From Octopus bimaculoides (Eukaryota): a DNA stretch of 64,000 nt. The stretch lies in NCBI RefSeq assembly GCF_001194135.2, contig NC_068990.1, positions 31,695,753-31,759,752 of the forward strand. Direction: 5' to 3'. A model generated the notes under the pieces. It had not been told where the DNA came from. It saw only the letters and a program-made list of their open reading frames with translations, and did not search any database. The position numbers and the translations under genes are program-made. Positions 25,740-40,051 of the stretch are shown one piece after another (position 1 is the first letter of the stretch; each line of letters starts with the position of its first letter).

Positions 25740-26390
25740 TGGAGGTGCAATGGCCCAGTGGTTGGGGCAGCGGACTCGCGGTCATAGGATCGCGGTTTTG
25801 ATTCCCAGATCGGGCGTTGTGAGTGTTTATTAAGCGAAAACACCTAAAGCTCCACGAGGCTCCGACAAGGGATGGTGGCGAACCTTGCTGTACTCTTTCA
25901 CCATAACTTTCTCTCACTCTTACTTCCTGTTTTTGTTGTGCCTGTAATTCAAAGGGTCAGCCTTGTCACACTGTGTCACGCTGAATATCCCCGAGAACTA
26001 CGTTAAGGGTACACGTGTCTGTGGAGTGCTCAGCTGCTTGCACGTTAATTTCACGAGCAGGCNNNNNNNNNNGGGCGTTGTGAGTGTTTATTAAGCGAAA
26101 ACACCTAAAGCTCCACGAGGCTCCGACAAGGGATGGTGGCGAACCTTGCTGTACTCTTTCACCATAACTTTCTCTCACTCTTACTTCCTGTTTTTGTTGT
26201 GCCTGTAATTCAAAGGGTCAGCCTTGTCACACTGTGTCACGCTGAATATCCCCGAGAACTACGTTAAGGGTACACGTGTCTGTGGAGTGCTCAGCTGCTT
26301 GCACGTTAATTTCACGAGCAGGCTGTTCCGTTGATCGGATCAACTGGAACCCTCGACGTCGTAAGCGACGGAGTGCCAACAACAACAACA
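25740..26390 (+). mobile_element. tRNA(Arg)-like SINE with (CAA)n tail, partly duplicated across a small gap
   Basis: A box TGGCCCAGTGG, B-box-like GGTTTTGATTCC, TCG in the anticodon-like loop. Related copies at 14917-15110(+), 48792-49060(+), 55800-56052(-). Confidence 0.88.
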
Positions 26391-26653
26391 ACTACTAAAA
26401 GAAACTCTTAAAGTGTGTCTATTAAACATTTTACAGAACCTAATCACACGGGAAAAGTGTTTGTCTATTAAACTAAAAATAACTTTACCTACCTAAGATT
26501 TTATATTGAGGGAGAAGGGGTATGTGAGCCACAAGACTTTCCAGAGGTATTTTCGTTTGGTGGGATTAGATTTTAATGCTTAACTATTCTCAAAACCAAT
26601 GGTGGCCTGGGCCTCATTGTAGTAAGGTGCCATGGCAGCAAAAATCTCTTTAC

Positions 26654-26705
26654 TTCAAGACATGATGAATATTCTTCTTCTGACCTTTCACCAGATATTT
26701 GAACC
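26654..26705 (-). pseudogene. Exon relic, 52 nt, phase 2 to 0 (VQISGERSEEEYSSCLE)
   Basis: Acceptor ccaactgtag, donor GAA|gtaaag. An alternative donor exists near 26494. Confidence 0.4.
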
Positions 26706-27104
26706 CTACAGTTGGATGACAGAAAGGTGTATTGAGATATCTCAACCTCTTTCTCTCTTTCTGTCTGTGTGTGTGTGTGTGTGTGTGTGTTTTCCAAGGT
26801 AAACTTGTATTTCATTATCAAAGTGCCAAGGAAGCGATAAGGTGGTCCACACACACTCAGCTCTGAGTATACTGTAGTTTATAGCAGAAACACCAGCAAG
26901 GAAATGAAGTTCATTACAAATTTCCTTTTCACTTGTCATTTATTTCATTTCATAGCATATATATATATATATATGGTGATGCAAACAAGAAAAACAGACC
27001 TTATGATATGAGTATAGTTTGATAATTGCCAACATATGAAACTATCAGCATTTGAGTCACTCTATTGCTTCTGCAAGAGAGTGCATATTATATATATATA
27101 TATA

Positions 27105-27344
27105 TCATCATCATCGTCGTTTAACGTCCGCTTTCCATGCTAGCATGGGTTGGACGATTTGACTGAGGACTGGTGGAACCAGATGGCTACACCAGGCTCC
27201 AATCTGATTTGGCAGAGTTTCTACAGCTGGATGCCCTTCCTAACGCCAACCACTCCGAGAGTGTAGTAGGTGCTTTTACGTGCCACCGTGCACGAAAGCC
27301 AGTCAGGCGGTACTGGCAACGGCCACGCTCAAAATGGTGTCTTT
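27105..27344 (-). mobile_element. SINE family C 3' part with (GAT)n tail
   Basis: catcatcatcgtttaacgtccgctttccatgctagc. Related copies at 15150-15340, 16820-16920, 18074-18370, 32700-32900, 33010-33170. Confidence 0.8.
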
Positions 27345-28042
27345 NNNNNNNNNNNNNNNNNNNNNNNNNNNNNNNNNNNNNNNNNNNNNNNNNNNNNNNN
27401 NNNNNNNNNNNNNNNNNNNNNNNNNNNNNNNNNNNNNNNNNNNNNNNNNNNNNNNNNNNNNNNNNNNNNNNNNNNNNNNNNNNNNNNNNNNNNNNNNNNN
27501 NNNNNNNNNNNNNNNNNNNNNNNNNNNNNNNNNNNNNNNNNNNNNNNNNNNNNNNNNNNNNNNNNNNNNNNNNNNNNNNNNNNNNNNNNNNNNNNNNNNN
27601 NNNNNNNNNNNNNNNNNNNNNNNNNNNNNNNNNNNNNNNNNNNNNNNNNNNNNNNNNNNNNNNNNNNNNNNNNNNNNNNNNNNNNNNNNNNNNNNNNNNN
27701 NNNNNNNNNNNNNNNNNNNNNNNNNNNNNNNNNNNNNNNNNNNNNNNNNNNNNNNNNNNNNNNNNNNNNNNNNNNNNNNNNNNNNNNNNNNNNNNNNNNN
27801 NNNNNNNNNNNNNNNNNNNNNNNNNNNNNNNNNNCCCAGAATATACATATACATCCCAGAATATACATATATACATATACATCTCAGAATATGAATACAG
27901 ACAGAATGCTGCAGAGCATTGTGTCCTGCATAACAACCTACACCTTAAAAGAATTCTTGTGAATAATAATTCTCTCTACAATAAACACAAGGCCCGATCT
28001 TTTCTTCTTTTTTTTAATGGGGTGCTTATTGAATATATAAAT

Positions 28043-28660
28043 GATGACGATGATGATGATGATGATGATGATGATTTATTTGCTACGGGAGCATCAGGTG
28101 AGGGTGATATTACAAGACCAGTTTACAGTTAGTGTTGTGGTTTACATAAAACATGAGTGAAGGAAAGGAGGTGGGAAAAGATTGGATAAAAAGTATACAT
28201 TGTTTACAAAATGTGTAAATACATCTATGATGCAATACTCCTGACACAGGAGAACCTCTAGTCAGAGCCAACAAAGGAACCCGACAGATCCAAGATCACT
28301 CTGACCACCAAGAGCACAAGCCCTTGCATAAGTGATGCTCTTCAATCTACAGGTTTATGCTCAGGGTAGGTCCATTCTCCCAAACTATTTTTACGAGACA
28401 CGTTTTAACAAATTCGCTGCAGGCGAGCGCTTCCCTCTCCATCCTCACTTTCCTTTTGAAGTGGAACTTGAAAAAGTCAATGAAGTTTGACCAGAGAGGA
28501 AAGTGTCTGCCCTCAATGCTTTCAACCTCGTTCGCACACGACCTGTTTTGCTATTGCCACTAAATAGAGGATCGTCATTTGTCCCGCCTCGATAAAGGCG
28601 GGTTATGAGTCGAGCCCCGCAACAGACAGGGCGACAGCCGGATTCACCCTACACGTAACA
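28043..28660 (-). mobile_element. 5'-truncated LINE (Tx1/L1-like), ORF2 C-terminus plus 3' UTR
   Basis: FFKFHFKRKVRMEREAL-type C-terminus, then UTR, AATAAA and a (TCA)n tail at 28043-28080. Confidence 0.65.
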
Positions 28661-28854
28661 ACAGCTGTTCATAACTGCACTATCTGCAATGCTCGGACAC
28701 TGCACGAGTGCGTACAGTTTGGTTTTGTCACTTTGCACACATCTCGGACAGTCCCACTTGTCAACACTTCCATGCCTTCAGAATTAGTGCTCCTGTGCAG
28801 AACTGCCAAATCAAGAACACACACACAGACAATGTATATGTGTGTGTGTATCAA

Positions 28855-28901
<47 letters not shown>

Positions 28902-29070
28902 GGAAAGAAAGAAAGAAAGAAAGAAAGAGAAGTGTCTCTGAACTAAATCTGCAATTTTTTTTTTTCCGATTGAATGTCTTTAGCTTCAATTGCATTGTGA
29001 ATATCCCTGGCGAAATGCATTTTTGACAGATAAAATTGTTGTCTTGGTTATGTTTAATCTGGGCCTTTAC

Positions 29071-29126
29071 TTCATATAAGATACAAACACTTGATCTGTC
29101 CAACTTCGTAACCACTTGGCAACATA
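29071..29126 (-). pseudogene. Exon relic, 56 nt, phase 0 to 2 (YVAKWLRSWTDQVFVSYM-K)
   Basis: Polypyrimidine acceptor ctctttttctttaaaag, donor GAA|gtaaag, open. Confidence 0.45.
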
Positions 29127-29893
29127 CTTTTAAAGAAAAAGAGAAGCTATCATTCAGTCATATTCTCATGGATAATCCGATTCTGTTTGGTCACAAATTT
29201 AACTTATGAGTTAATTAGTTTTCCACTCACCCTATGTACATGTACGTACGTGTGCACGGACACGTAAACACACTGATGCAAACGCACACACACACACACT
29301 ACCTCTCTGTGTAAGAGAGAGAGAGGGAGGGTGTATGTGTGTGTGTGTGTGTGTACAAGCCTTAATATATATTCTCCTTTCCTTTCGGGTATACATATAT
29401 TGAATCATTTGAAAATTAGAAACAAATAAGGACTGGCTCTGAAGGTAATGATTCGTCCAACCCATACCAGCATGGAAAGCGGACGTAAAAATGATCTTTC
29501 AAAAAGTGATTAGAAATGAATTCTTTCTAATTTTAGCACAAAGCCAGTGCGTGTGTAAGTGTGTGTGCTTGTTTGTGGTGGGGTAGTCAACATTACCCAC
29601 CTCACTACTTTACTAGTGTTTTATTTTATCGACCCCGAAAGGAAGACAGACAAAGTTGTCCTCGGTGGGATTTGAACTTATAACGTAAAGATCTGGAAGA
29701 AATGCCGCTCATTTTGTCCGACGGTTGATAGAAGTAAATGTTTTATTGAAACAGGGTTAAATATGTGTTGATATTTTCATTATTCATAATTTACTCAAGA
29801 CTTTTATTGTTGTTGTGTAGTTCAAGTCAGCAAACCTATGGATTATGCAACTAACAGTATAGCTATGGCCCTCGTATCCTTTTTGCATTTCAG

Positions 29894-29931
29894 GGACTTC
29901 ACAGTCCATATTATACATCTTTAAGACGATA
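29894..29931 (+). other. Isolated exon-like segment, 38 nt
   Basis: Strong acceptor ccttttttgcatttcag and donor gtgagt; two frames open; no partner exon proven. Confidence 0.3.
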
Positions 29932-30339
29932 GTGAGTAATATGAGATAATTTTTAATGTCCTTTCTTGCACGTCAAGCGACCATAGATTCGTTAATGTTT
30001 CACTGCGCGTATGACTCAATCTTGTTTCTCTTCTGCTTGTGTTATTAAACCCATTAGGTTGCTGTGAACTACTTTATTTACATATTTCCTCAAGCCTCTT
30101 AGGGAAATATATAATGAGCGATATTACAGAATATGTGAAATTTCTCATTCAATGCTTATTACGTAGTTAATCAAGTAATGTAAACCAATTTCAATTGACT
30201 TATAACAGGATGTCACTAGTCATGCATCAAGGCCTACCTTAAGTTTGACTACTTTAATTATAAGGAGCAGTGGATTACACCAAAACGAATCTTACACATA
30301 CCCAGATGTACATACATCAAAGTGTATACGAGCATGTGC

Positions 30340-30383
<44 letters not shown>

Positions 30384-30678
30384 CTTACAAGTAAAAATGA
30401 ATAGATGCTTTCGTGCATCTGCGTACACAGAAAAAAATTAATAAATAAAATAAATAAAGCTGTGTGCATGTAACTTGACAACTTCCTTTACATAGATGAA
30501 TGAACATTGTGCCACAGTATTATTTACTATCTGAAGCAGTTATTCCAAATTTAGCAATGGTAAATATAATCTTAGATTAAAACATTATCCTCTAATATTG
30601 AATAACAATTATCAAAATGAAGGACATGCTCATTTTCTTGAAGTTGAATACCAAACTTCAATGCTAAGGACGACTTAC

Positions 30679-30706
30679 CTTTTCAGCTAACGAACAGTAG
30701 CTATAT
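30679..30706 (-). pseudogene. Short exon relic, phase 2 to 0 (YSYCSLAEK)
   Basis: Strong donor AAG|gtaagt. Two possible acceptors (30706 or 30700) give the same phase. Confidence 0.4.
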
Positions 30707-31667
30707 CTGTCAGTCGTGTGTTTTGGACATCAGATTCATCTCCTGTTATTGTTGTTTAACGTTAGTTCAGTCCTGATCTATGATGAAAGACATTCCAGCC
30801 ATGACTACATCTTTATTTTTAGTTACATTATGTCTACATTATCCGATGTATCCTTTTTTTTTTTTTTTTTTTTTTTTCCTTAAGACAATACGATGTGACT
30901 GGAGGGTTATTTTACTGCTATTTCTAACACGGCGAACGACCATGTTGAGGCTCAAAGTCATTATCAATATCAGTGGTGGAAAGTTGAATTTGTACGATGT
31001 CCAGTAATTACTTTATGAGGATGGTGATGTAAGTAAAGTGGAATAGATACTAGTAGGAGTCAAAACAAAGTTAACTTTGTATTGTACAAGTTGAACAACA
31101 TATATTTATTGGGAAATAACTTGACAAGCTACGAGTAGAAATTTACAGTTGAAGGGAGGTAACTTTTGATTCGCAGCTGTGTTCACTGTCAATGAGCTGC
31201 ACGTTTATAAAACTTTATTTTTGAGAACCTAAACTATAAAATAGAACTTTTATATAAAATTACAACAATCGTTTTTATGAATATTAATTTGCAGAGTGTA
31301 TTTTGGAGGTAACTAAATATCGCATGGTCTTTGGTTTCTTATTTCTTTATTGCCCACAAGGGGCTAAACATAGAGGGGTACAAACAAGGACAGACAAATG
31401 GATTAAGTCGATTACATCGACCCCAGTGCGTAACTCGTACTTAATTTATCGACCCCCGAAAGGATGAAAGGCAAAGTTGAAGTCGACCTCGGCGGAATTT
31501 GAACTCAGAATGTAACGGCAGGTGAAACACCGGTAAGCATTTCGCCCGGCGTGCTAACGTTTCTGCCAGCTCGCCGCCTTTGGCTTGTACCATACAAAGA
31601 AACCCTTAAGTTTATTAAAATGTAACTAATTTTCCCCTACAGAAACAAATTGTTGTTTTAAAAGTGT

Positions 31668-31710
<43 letters not shown>

Positions 31711-32466
31711 NNNNNNNNNNNNNNNNNNNNNNNNNNNNNNNNNNNNNNNNNNNNNNNNNNNNNNNNNNNNNNNNNNNNNNNNNNNNNNNNNNNNNNNNNN
31801 NNNNNNNNNNNNNNNNNNNNNNNNNNNNNNNNNNNNNNNNNNNNNNNNNNNNNNNNNNNNNNNNNNNNNNNNNNNNNNNNNNNNNNNNNNNNNNNNNNNN
31901 NNNNNNNNNNNNNNNNNNNNNNNNNNNNNNNNNNNNNNNNNNNNNNNNNNNNNNNNNNNNNNNNNNNNNNNNNNNNNNNNNNNNNNNNNNNNNNNNNNNN
32001 NNNNNNNNNNNNNNNNNNNNNNNNNNNNNNNNNNNNNNNNNNNNNNNNNNNNNNNNNNNNNNNNNNNNNNNNNNNNNNNNNNNNNNNNNNNNNNNNNNNN
32101 NNNNNNNNNNNNNNNNNNNNNNNNNNNNNNNNNNNNNNNNNNNNNNNNNNNNNNNNNNNNNNNNNNNNNNNNNNNNNNNNNNNNNNNNNNNNNNNNNNNN
32201 NNNNNNNNNNNNNNNNNNNNNNNNNNNNNNNNNNNNNNNNNNNNNNNNNNNNNNNNNNNNNNNNNNNNNNNNNNNNNNNNNNNNNNNNNNNNNNNNNNNN
32301 NNNNNNNNNNNNNNNNNNNNNNNNNNNNNNNNNNNNNNNNNNNNNNNNNNNNNNNNNNNNNNNNNNNNNNNNNNNNNNNNNNNNNNNNNNNNNNNNNNNN
32401 NNNNNNNNNNNNNNNNNNNNNNNNNNNNNNNNNNNNNNNNNNNNNNNNNNNNNNNNNNNNNNNNNN

Positions 32467-32502
<36 letters not shown>

Positions 32503-33202
32503 CTGTATGCATTGTGATTTGGTTAAGAAGTTCACTCTGCAACCACGTAACCACGTGGTCTCAGATTTGATCCAGCTGTGCAAATACTTGGTTGTCTTCT
32601 ACTATAGGTTCAGGTTTATCAATGCCTTATGGCTGAGATTTGTGTAATGGAAACTGTAAGAAAGTTGAAGTGTATGTGTGTGCGTATCTCCATCTTTGCA
32701 TTGATATCTCTTGATCAGTGGCGATATTTGCTTATTTTCCACATAAACTATACATACTAATGCTTCGTGGAGACCAGGTGAATAGTTGGCATTAAGGAGA
32801 GTATCTGGCCATAGACTACTGCATGTCTCAAGAAGTGTCATCCAACCCATGCCATCTTGGAAAACTTCTTAAAAACAATAGTAACAATATATCATCATCA
32901 TCGTCATCATCATTTAACATCTACTCTGTGTGTATGTGTGTGTGTGTGTGTATGTATGTATATGTATGTAAAATGTATGTGCTTGTGCCACATAAAAAGC
33001 CCCCCATTTTATTCTGTAAAATGGTTGGTGCTAGGAAGAGCATCCAGTCATTAAAAAAACATACCAGAGTAGATAGTAGAAACTGACACAGTTCTTTGGC
33101 CTTCCAGCTCCTGTTAAACTGTCCAAGCCATGCCAACATGTAAAAATGACACTTGGTGACACTAGTGATGATGATCTATGTATGTATGTATGTATGTATG
33201 TA

Positions 33203-33233
<31 letters not shown>

Positions 33234-33234
33234 C

Positions 33235-33273
<39 letters not shown>

Positions 33274-33276
33274 GTA

Positions 33277-33315
<39 letters not shown>

Positions 33316-33542
33316 TCCTTTTGGGATTGGATCTCGAAGCACATAAATGTTACAAATAATAGCATGCAAATACAGGGTTGAAAACCTTTTCTGGATAGAA
33401 AAACACAACACTATATGTATACATGTATGTGCATCTCTCACACACATATACACACACACACTCAGAGATATCATATATATTTTACAACTTCCTGCCACTC
33501 TACATTGACATTTTTCTAAGCCAAATATTTGTACTAACTTAC

Positions 33543-33640
33543 TTAGTCATGATGTGATCATCCAGAGCTGACGTATTCAAAGTTGACACCACAAGCTCTG
33601 TCTGCTAGTCTTTTAGTGTTCACACCAAAACTTAGTACTT
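33543..33640 (-). pseudogene. Exon relic with uncertain 5' boundary (...QTELVVSTLNTSALDDHIMT)
   Basis: Strong donor TAA|gtaagt at phase 2. The upstream part needs a frameshift and the acceptor is unclear. Confidence 0.3.
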
Positions 33641-33855
33641 CTATCAGATTTCTTTCTTGTTTTTTTTATGTTATTTTATATTTTATTTAGATAAGTACAA
33701 ATAGTTTTACATGTACTATTCATGAAATAATATCCACTCTGATATACTAATATTTGAAGAAGCAATTTAAGCATGGATTTGTCTTTGATATTCTTTATCA
33801 TGATAATAATACTAAGATAGAAATTTTTTAAAGTAGGAAAAGCAAAATTATTTAA

Positions 33856-33923
<68 letters not shown>

Positions 33924-34917
33924 ATTATTATCATTATTACTATTATTTTTTTTTTTTTTTTAAGGCAGTGAGCTGGCAGAATTGTTAGCACACCAGGCAA
34001 AATGCTTAGCAACATTTTGTCAGTCTTCAGGTTCTGAGTTCGAATTCTGCTCAAGTCGACTTTGCCTTTCATCCTCTTAGAGTCGATAAAGTAAAGTACC
34101 AATTGAACATTGGGTTCAGAGTAAATTGACTTACCCCTCTCCCTGAAAATTGCTAGCCTTTTATCAAAATTTGAAACCATTATTATTATTATTAGAATTT
34201 AGATGAAATATAAAAAAATGCCTACTAAAATACGTAAATATAAATACTAAAAGCAATAAACTCGCTATTTGAGACTAATTTCATTAAATTATGCAACCTC
34301 TCATTTAAATTTTTGTGCAGATTGGAATTAAGTAATGATCTCTGTCCATAGTTCCTATTGGCTAATAACTACTCATTACATCTCTGCTAATATCTACTTA
34401 TTACATCATTGCACAACGGAAGTAAACCCTTTACAATTAATATAAAATGAAAACCTTATAAAACTGGAATAAATATTTTTAAATCATTCATACTGAAAAT
34501 CCTGTTTCATAAGAAATAGTAACTTAATGCCGGATCCAGATGGTAATATGTTAATGCTTTTAATAAAGATTTGGTTGAAAATAAGTATGAAATTAAAACA
34601 ACCTTCATTAATGTTAACCATCATAATTTTATTTAATCAGATCAAATGAAATAAGTACTTAATTGTAATTTGTTGACTCATTCTATGACAATCTCAAATA
34701 TTAAAATATTAATAAATGCTTTAAAAACTGTTTTTGTGTAGGTACTGAGGGTGTTTATGAGGTGGGGAGGGATAATATTTAAATATAAAGGTAGATAAAT
34801 AGGTATAATATCGATAGGTACTTTGCATTCAAAAACCAAAATGTTGTCAAATATATATAACACTAGTAAAATCCCCACAAAATTCTTATTTAAACAATAA
34901 TGATCTTTAATAGTATT

Positions 34918-34949
<32 letters not shown>

Positions 34950-35478
34950 TATATTCCTGTGTGTGTGTTTCGGTATGTCGTCTGTCGTTATACTCTGAGT
35001 TCAAATTCCGCCAAGGTCGACTTTGCCTTTCATCCTTTCAGAGTTGATTAAATAAGTACCAGTTACACACTGGGGTCGATATAATTGACTTAATCCCTTT
35101 GTTTGTCCTCTCTATGTTTATCCCCCTGAGGGCAATAAAAAAACAAATATTGGTTTCAAATATTGGCACAAGGCCAACAATTTCAAAGGAAGATCTAAGT
35201 TGATTTTATTGGCTCCAGTGCTCAACCCCGGAAGGATGAAAGGCAAAGTTGACCTCAGTAGAATTTGAACTCAGGACATCACTGAAATAGTGCTAAGCAT
35301 TTTATCTGGCATGCTAGCAATTTTGCCAGCTCACTGCCTTACAAAGTAACTAATATTGTTAATAATGTTCTGTCATGTAGCCAGCTATCATGTAGTAGTA
35401 CACAGGTAGCCATAATATCTATCATGTATGTCCTTTGATTAATTTTAATATATATATATGCATATCTATATCTATATA

Positions 35479-35536
<58 letters not shown>

Positions 35537-36805
35537 TATATATACCAACCCTAGTACTTGACTGGTACTTTATTTTATTGATGCTTTGCATGGATCAAAA
35601 TATAAAGAGCTGTAACTAAATAATACAGGCAGAATATTATGATAGACATAGCTGTGTGGTAAGAACCTTGCTCCCCAAGCATATGGCTTCAGGTTCAGTC
35701 TCACTATGCTGCACCTTGGGCAAGTGTCTTCTACTATAGTCCTGGGCCATCCCAAGTCCTGTTGGTGGATTTGGTTGACAGAAAAAGAAGCTTGTCATAT
35801 ATATGTGTGTATATAAATGTGCATGTGTCTGCACATGTGTCTGTGCATGTGTGTGCGTGTGTGTGCATGTGTGTGTGTGTGTGTATATGTGTGTGTATGT
35901 GCACATATGCACACATGCATGCCTTTGCATTTGTGCCTGTTCCCTCACCACTTGACAGTCGTTGTTGGTTTGTTTACATTCCTGTAACTTTTCTGTTTAG
36001 CAAAAGAGATCAATTGGATAAGTACCAGATGCTAAAAAATAAGTACTGGATGCCCTATCATGGCTGCAGTCCAATGACTGAAACAAGTAAAAGATAAAAG
36101 ACAAAAATTTGTCCTCTTATTCTTATCTGGCATCATTTTATCACAGACCTTAATTTAACTTCAAGTCCTCTCTTTCATCCCTTTTTCCCATCTACCCTCC
36201 ACCCCTAGTTCATGGGTCCTGTCCATTCAAGTACATGTTAGAAATCTGAGCTAAGTTACAGAGTGAACATGTTTTTGTTTCTCTTCTAAAAATTAGTAGA
36301 GAGATGATGAAGATTATGAGATATTTCTAATGATTTTTCTTAATTAATTTGGAAAACATTCTAGAATTTCGAAGACATAGCAAAATAGCTAACATTGACT
36401 TCAAATTTTGGCACAAAGCTAGCAATTTGTGAGAGGGAGTAAGTCAATTACATTGACCCCCACTGTACTCAGCTGATACTAATTTTATCGACCCCCGAAA
36501 GGCTGAAAGGTAAATTTGACCTCAGTGACATTTGAAATCAGAATGCAAAGATGGATGAAATGCTGCTAAGCATTTTGACCCAGAGTAGTAATGATTTTGC
36601 CAGCCTCACCACGTAATAGCTAATGTTGTCATTATTAAGCTGGTGTTTGGAACATAACTTAAGGTAATGCTTCTTAGACAAGATTATGGATGGAAGATTT
36701 TAATTTAAATATTTTCCCTTTAAAACAAAAGATTTGGTGTCATAGAAGCAGATAAGTTGGTATCAAAATGGTTAAGACACGCCTGCACAAAACTTTCATA
36801 TTGTA

Positions 36806-36852
<47 letters not shown>

Positions 36853-37357
36853 TGTNNNNNNNNNNNNNNNNNNNNNNNNNNNNNNNNNNNNNNNNNNNNN
36901 NNNNNNNNNNNNNNNNNNNNNNNNNNNNNNNNNNNNNNNNNNNNNNNNNNNNNNNNNNNNNNNNNNNNNNNNNNNNNNNNNNNNNNNNNNNNNNNNNNNN
37001 NNNNNNNNNNNNNNNNNNNNNNNNNNNNNNNNNNNNNNNNNNNNNNNNNNNNNNNNNNNNNNNNNNNNNNNNNNNNNNNNNNNNNNNNNNNNNNNNNNNN
37101 NNNNNNNNNNNNNNNNNNNNNNNNNNNNNNNNNNNNNNNNNNNNNNNNNNNNNNNNNNNNNNNNNNNNNNNNNNNNNNNNNNNNNNNNNNNNNNNNNNNN
37201 NNNNNNNNNNNNNNNNNNNNNNNNNNNNNNNNNNNNNNNNNNNNNNNNNNNNNNNNNNNNNNNNNNNNNNNNNNNNNNNNNNNNNNNNNNNNNNNNNNNN
37301 NNNNNNNNNNNNNNNNNNNNNNNNNNNNNNNNNNNNNNNNNNNNNNNNNNNNNNNNN

Positions 37358-38512
37358 TTTTATATTAAACATCTGCAAAGAGTAACCATGCCATGCACAA
37401 AAAGTTCAGTAGATCTGTCAGATTTTCAAAGAGGTATTGTTGGGCAATCTGAGGCTGGTCTTAGCCAGTAAAAAATTGCTGAAAATCTTCAAATTCCTCT
37501 TGCTACTGTTAATAGAATTATAGTGCAATTCAAAAGCCAAGGAAAAGAATCAACAAATTCTTGTCCCAGCCAACCTGGGCCCTTGGAAAGGAAGCTTCAC
37601 TGTTTGAAGAGAATTGTGGAAAATGAACCCCGTTTGAAGGCTTCTGACATTGCAAAACAGCTAGAAGTTAGTCCAAGAACATATGTTACATATCTGCATA
37701 TGCTTGAGTATTATGGACGAACAACTAGAAGAAAACTTCTCCTTCAACCAATTAATATTATGAAAAGAAAGAAATGGGCTAAGGAGATGTCAGAAAAATC
37801 CAGTTCATTTTGTGTTAGAGTGATTTTCTCAGATGAATCCAGATTTGCATTATTTTCAGATAGTGGACATGTTTTGGTCTGGAGGCTTCCCAATCAAGAA
37901 TTTGATTTGAAACAACTCCAACCAACTGTGAAACATGGTGGTATCTCTGTAATGGTATGGAGAACTGTCACCAGCAATGGTCGTTCTGAGCTGATCGAAT
38001 GTGTTGGAACCATAAACTCTGAAAAATACATTGAAATACTTAAGCAAGGACTACTTCCAATGTATTCACACGACAACATAGCAAAAAATGAGTTTTTTAT
38101 TCATGGACGATGGGGCTCCATGCCACACAGCGAAAAGGAATCAACAATGGCTGACTGAAAATGGGATCACAAAGCTTTCTTGGCCAAGCCTATCTCCTGG
38201 CATGAACCCAATCAAAAATCTTTAGAGCATACTAGATAGAGCTATACGAAAAGCTCAACAGAAACCTAAATCTAAAGATGAATTGTTTCGATTGTTGCGT
38301 GAAATGTGGGCAGAAATTCCACAAGAGACAATCACAAAGCTCATCAGTTCAACGTCAAAAAGAGTTTCTGAATTGAAAACTGCAAAGGGAATGTCAACTA
38401 AATACTAAAGTATGTAGTCCTACCTATCAATTACCTTTCAATTGTTCGCTTTGCGTATTAAATAAAAGATTTTAAAAATTAAAGGTGTCTATTTACTTTC
38501 TGCATGTTTGTG
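37358..38512 (+). mobile_element. Tc1-family DNA transposon, disrupted DD34E transposase
   Basis: ATG at 37388; motifs VIFSDESRF, FMDDGAPCHTAK, WPSLSPGMNPIKNL. Two stops, one frameshift, catalytic E changed to K. Right end followed by TA; left end lies in the gap. Confidence 0.92.
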
Positions 38513-38549
38513 TATATTATGCACTTTATTGTGTTTTGTGGTGTGTGAT

Positions 38550-38622
38550 ACCCTGGTCTGTGGAAAAAGTTTCTTGTATGAAACTGGCCCATGGTGCAAA
38601 AAATGGTTGGAGATCACTGCTG
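38550..38622 (-). mobile_element. hAT-Charlie-like terminal fragment
   Basis: CAGCAGTGATCTCCAACCATTTTTTGCACCATGGGCCAGTTTC resembles MER1/Charlie-type ends. Confidence 0.55.
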
Positions 38623-38964
38623 TAGAACACAACAATAGAGTTTTAGCCAATGCTGTATGCTATGATGAATATCAATATTACATCTCTATACACAACAGAC
38701 ATAATGTTACATCCATTGTAACATAAGTGTTGGCTAAAATGTTATTGATATTTTGTGTGGCATAATACAGTATTGAAATAAAATTATTATCAACATGCCA
38801 ATAATTATAATTCTTTGTTGAAGTCTTATGAAATGCTTTATCAAATTCAGCTCAAAGATCCTCCCCATGATTTAAGGGAATAAAAATGAGAAATGTGATA
38901 TTTTTGTCTTTTGCAAGGACATTTATAGCAAGAGTAAAATATATTGGCTTCAGTTGGCACTTAC

Positions 38965-39024
38965 CAGGAGCTTAACACTATTTCACAATGCTTACTATTA
39001 ATCCATTTGAAATTCTATAAGCTC
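38965..39024 (-). pseudogene. Exon relic, 60 nt, phase 2 to 2 (RSL*NFKWINSKHCEIVLSS)
   Basis: Acceptor ggctgtag, strong donor CTG|gtaagt, one TAG, phase matches the previous exon. Confidence 0.55.
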
Positions 39025-40051
39025 CTACAGCCTTCTTAATCATCATTACCATCATCAGCAGCAGCAGCAGCTATAGGTGGCACACTCTAAGTAGTTACAT
39101 ATTCTATGTAAGTTTCTTTGAAAATGGAATGAAATTGTCATGCCTCAGTTTGCTTCAGCCAAAAGGAATATGAATCATTGAATGCAAAAGAACTCTTACA
39201 ATGTGAACTAGTCTGCTGTTTCATGATTAATTTGAATAAATCCTTGATAAGAAAGTTGGTGAATTAATTGTTGATTGTGTTGAAGTAAAGATCAACAAAA
39301 TATTTCATTTTTAAAATTGTGAAGGTTGATTCTAATTCTACTCTATATTATCTCTAAATGAACCATTAATACTCTTTAAAAAAATCATACATATCCACAA
39401 AAATGTAAGACTAAGCAACCTCTCTTCCAGGCTACTTGTTTCAATTAATAGATTATATTTGTAACCTAAACCCACCCAGGAAATGCTGTTGCTATAATTT
39501 CCTTTCTACTAGACAGATTAGGCAGTCCTTTTTAGGTTCCTGTATAACAGTGAATTAAAACACTAATATAAAATTTGAAAAGAACTTGTCAACTGAAAAC
39601 AGTTTAAATATCATTGAAATCCAACAACATTTCTCAGATAAAAATATGGTTTTAATTAAATTTTCAAACTTAGCACTTTTCTAAACATTAGATCTATTTC
39701 AGATGGTTATCTATGTAATTAATATCCATTCCTCTAAAGTTAATGTTGATAGCATCTGTCTTACACTATCAGATAAGATATAATTAGCTGATCATGACTA
39801 CTTGGTCATTAGTTAAAGTCGATTACGTTTATCTATTATGAAACTAAATGCATTTTATAATTAATTGATATAATAGTTGCAATAAAATAAAATGAATGAA
39901 AATTAATTTGTACATATCTATAAATTGTCTTATAAGTAGATTCTGATGTATTCATCGGTGTTTTGTTTATTTTAATTCAGAAATTTTTAAAAAGCCTATT
40001 TTAGAAATAAATTGCCTTCAGCAGATAAAATGGTATACCTTTATAGTTTTA

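Noticed and set aside
25812-26323. Exact 251-bp duplication across a 10-N gap
   Set aside because: Identical overlap of contig ends within a SINE; most likely an assembly artefact.
28669-29115. 148-aa minus-strand ORF
   Set aside because: Mostly microsatellite and SINE sequence. The splice-compatible frame at 29126-29071 is a different one.
38508-38726. 72-aa plus-strand ORF
   Set aside because: Overlaps the Tc1 end and a hAT-like terminus on the opposite strand.
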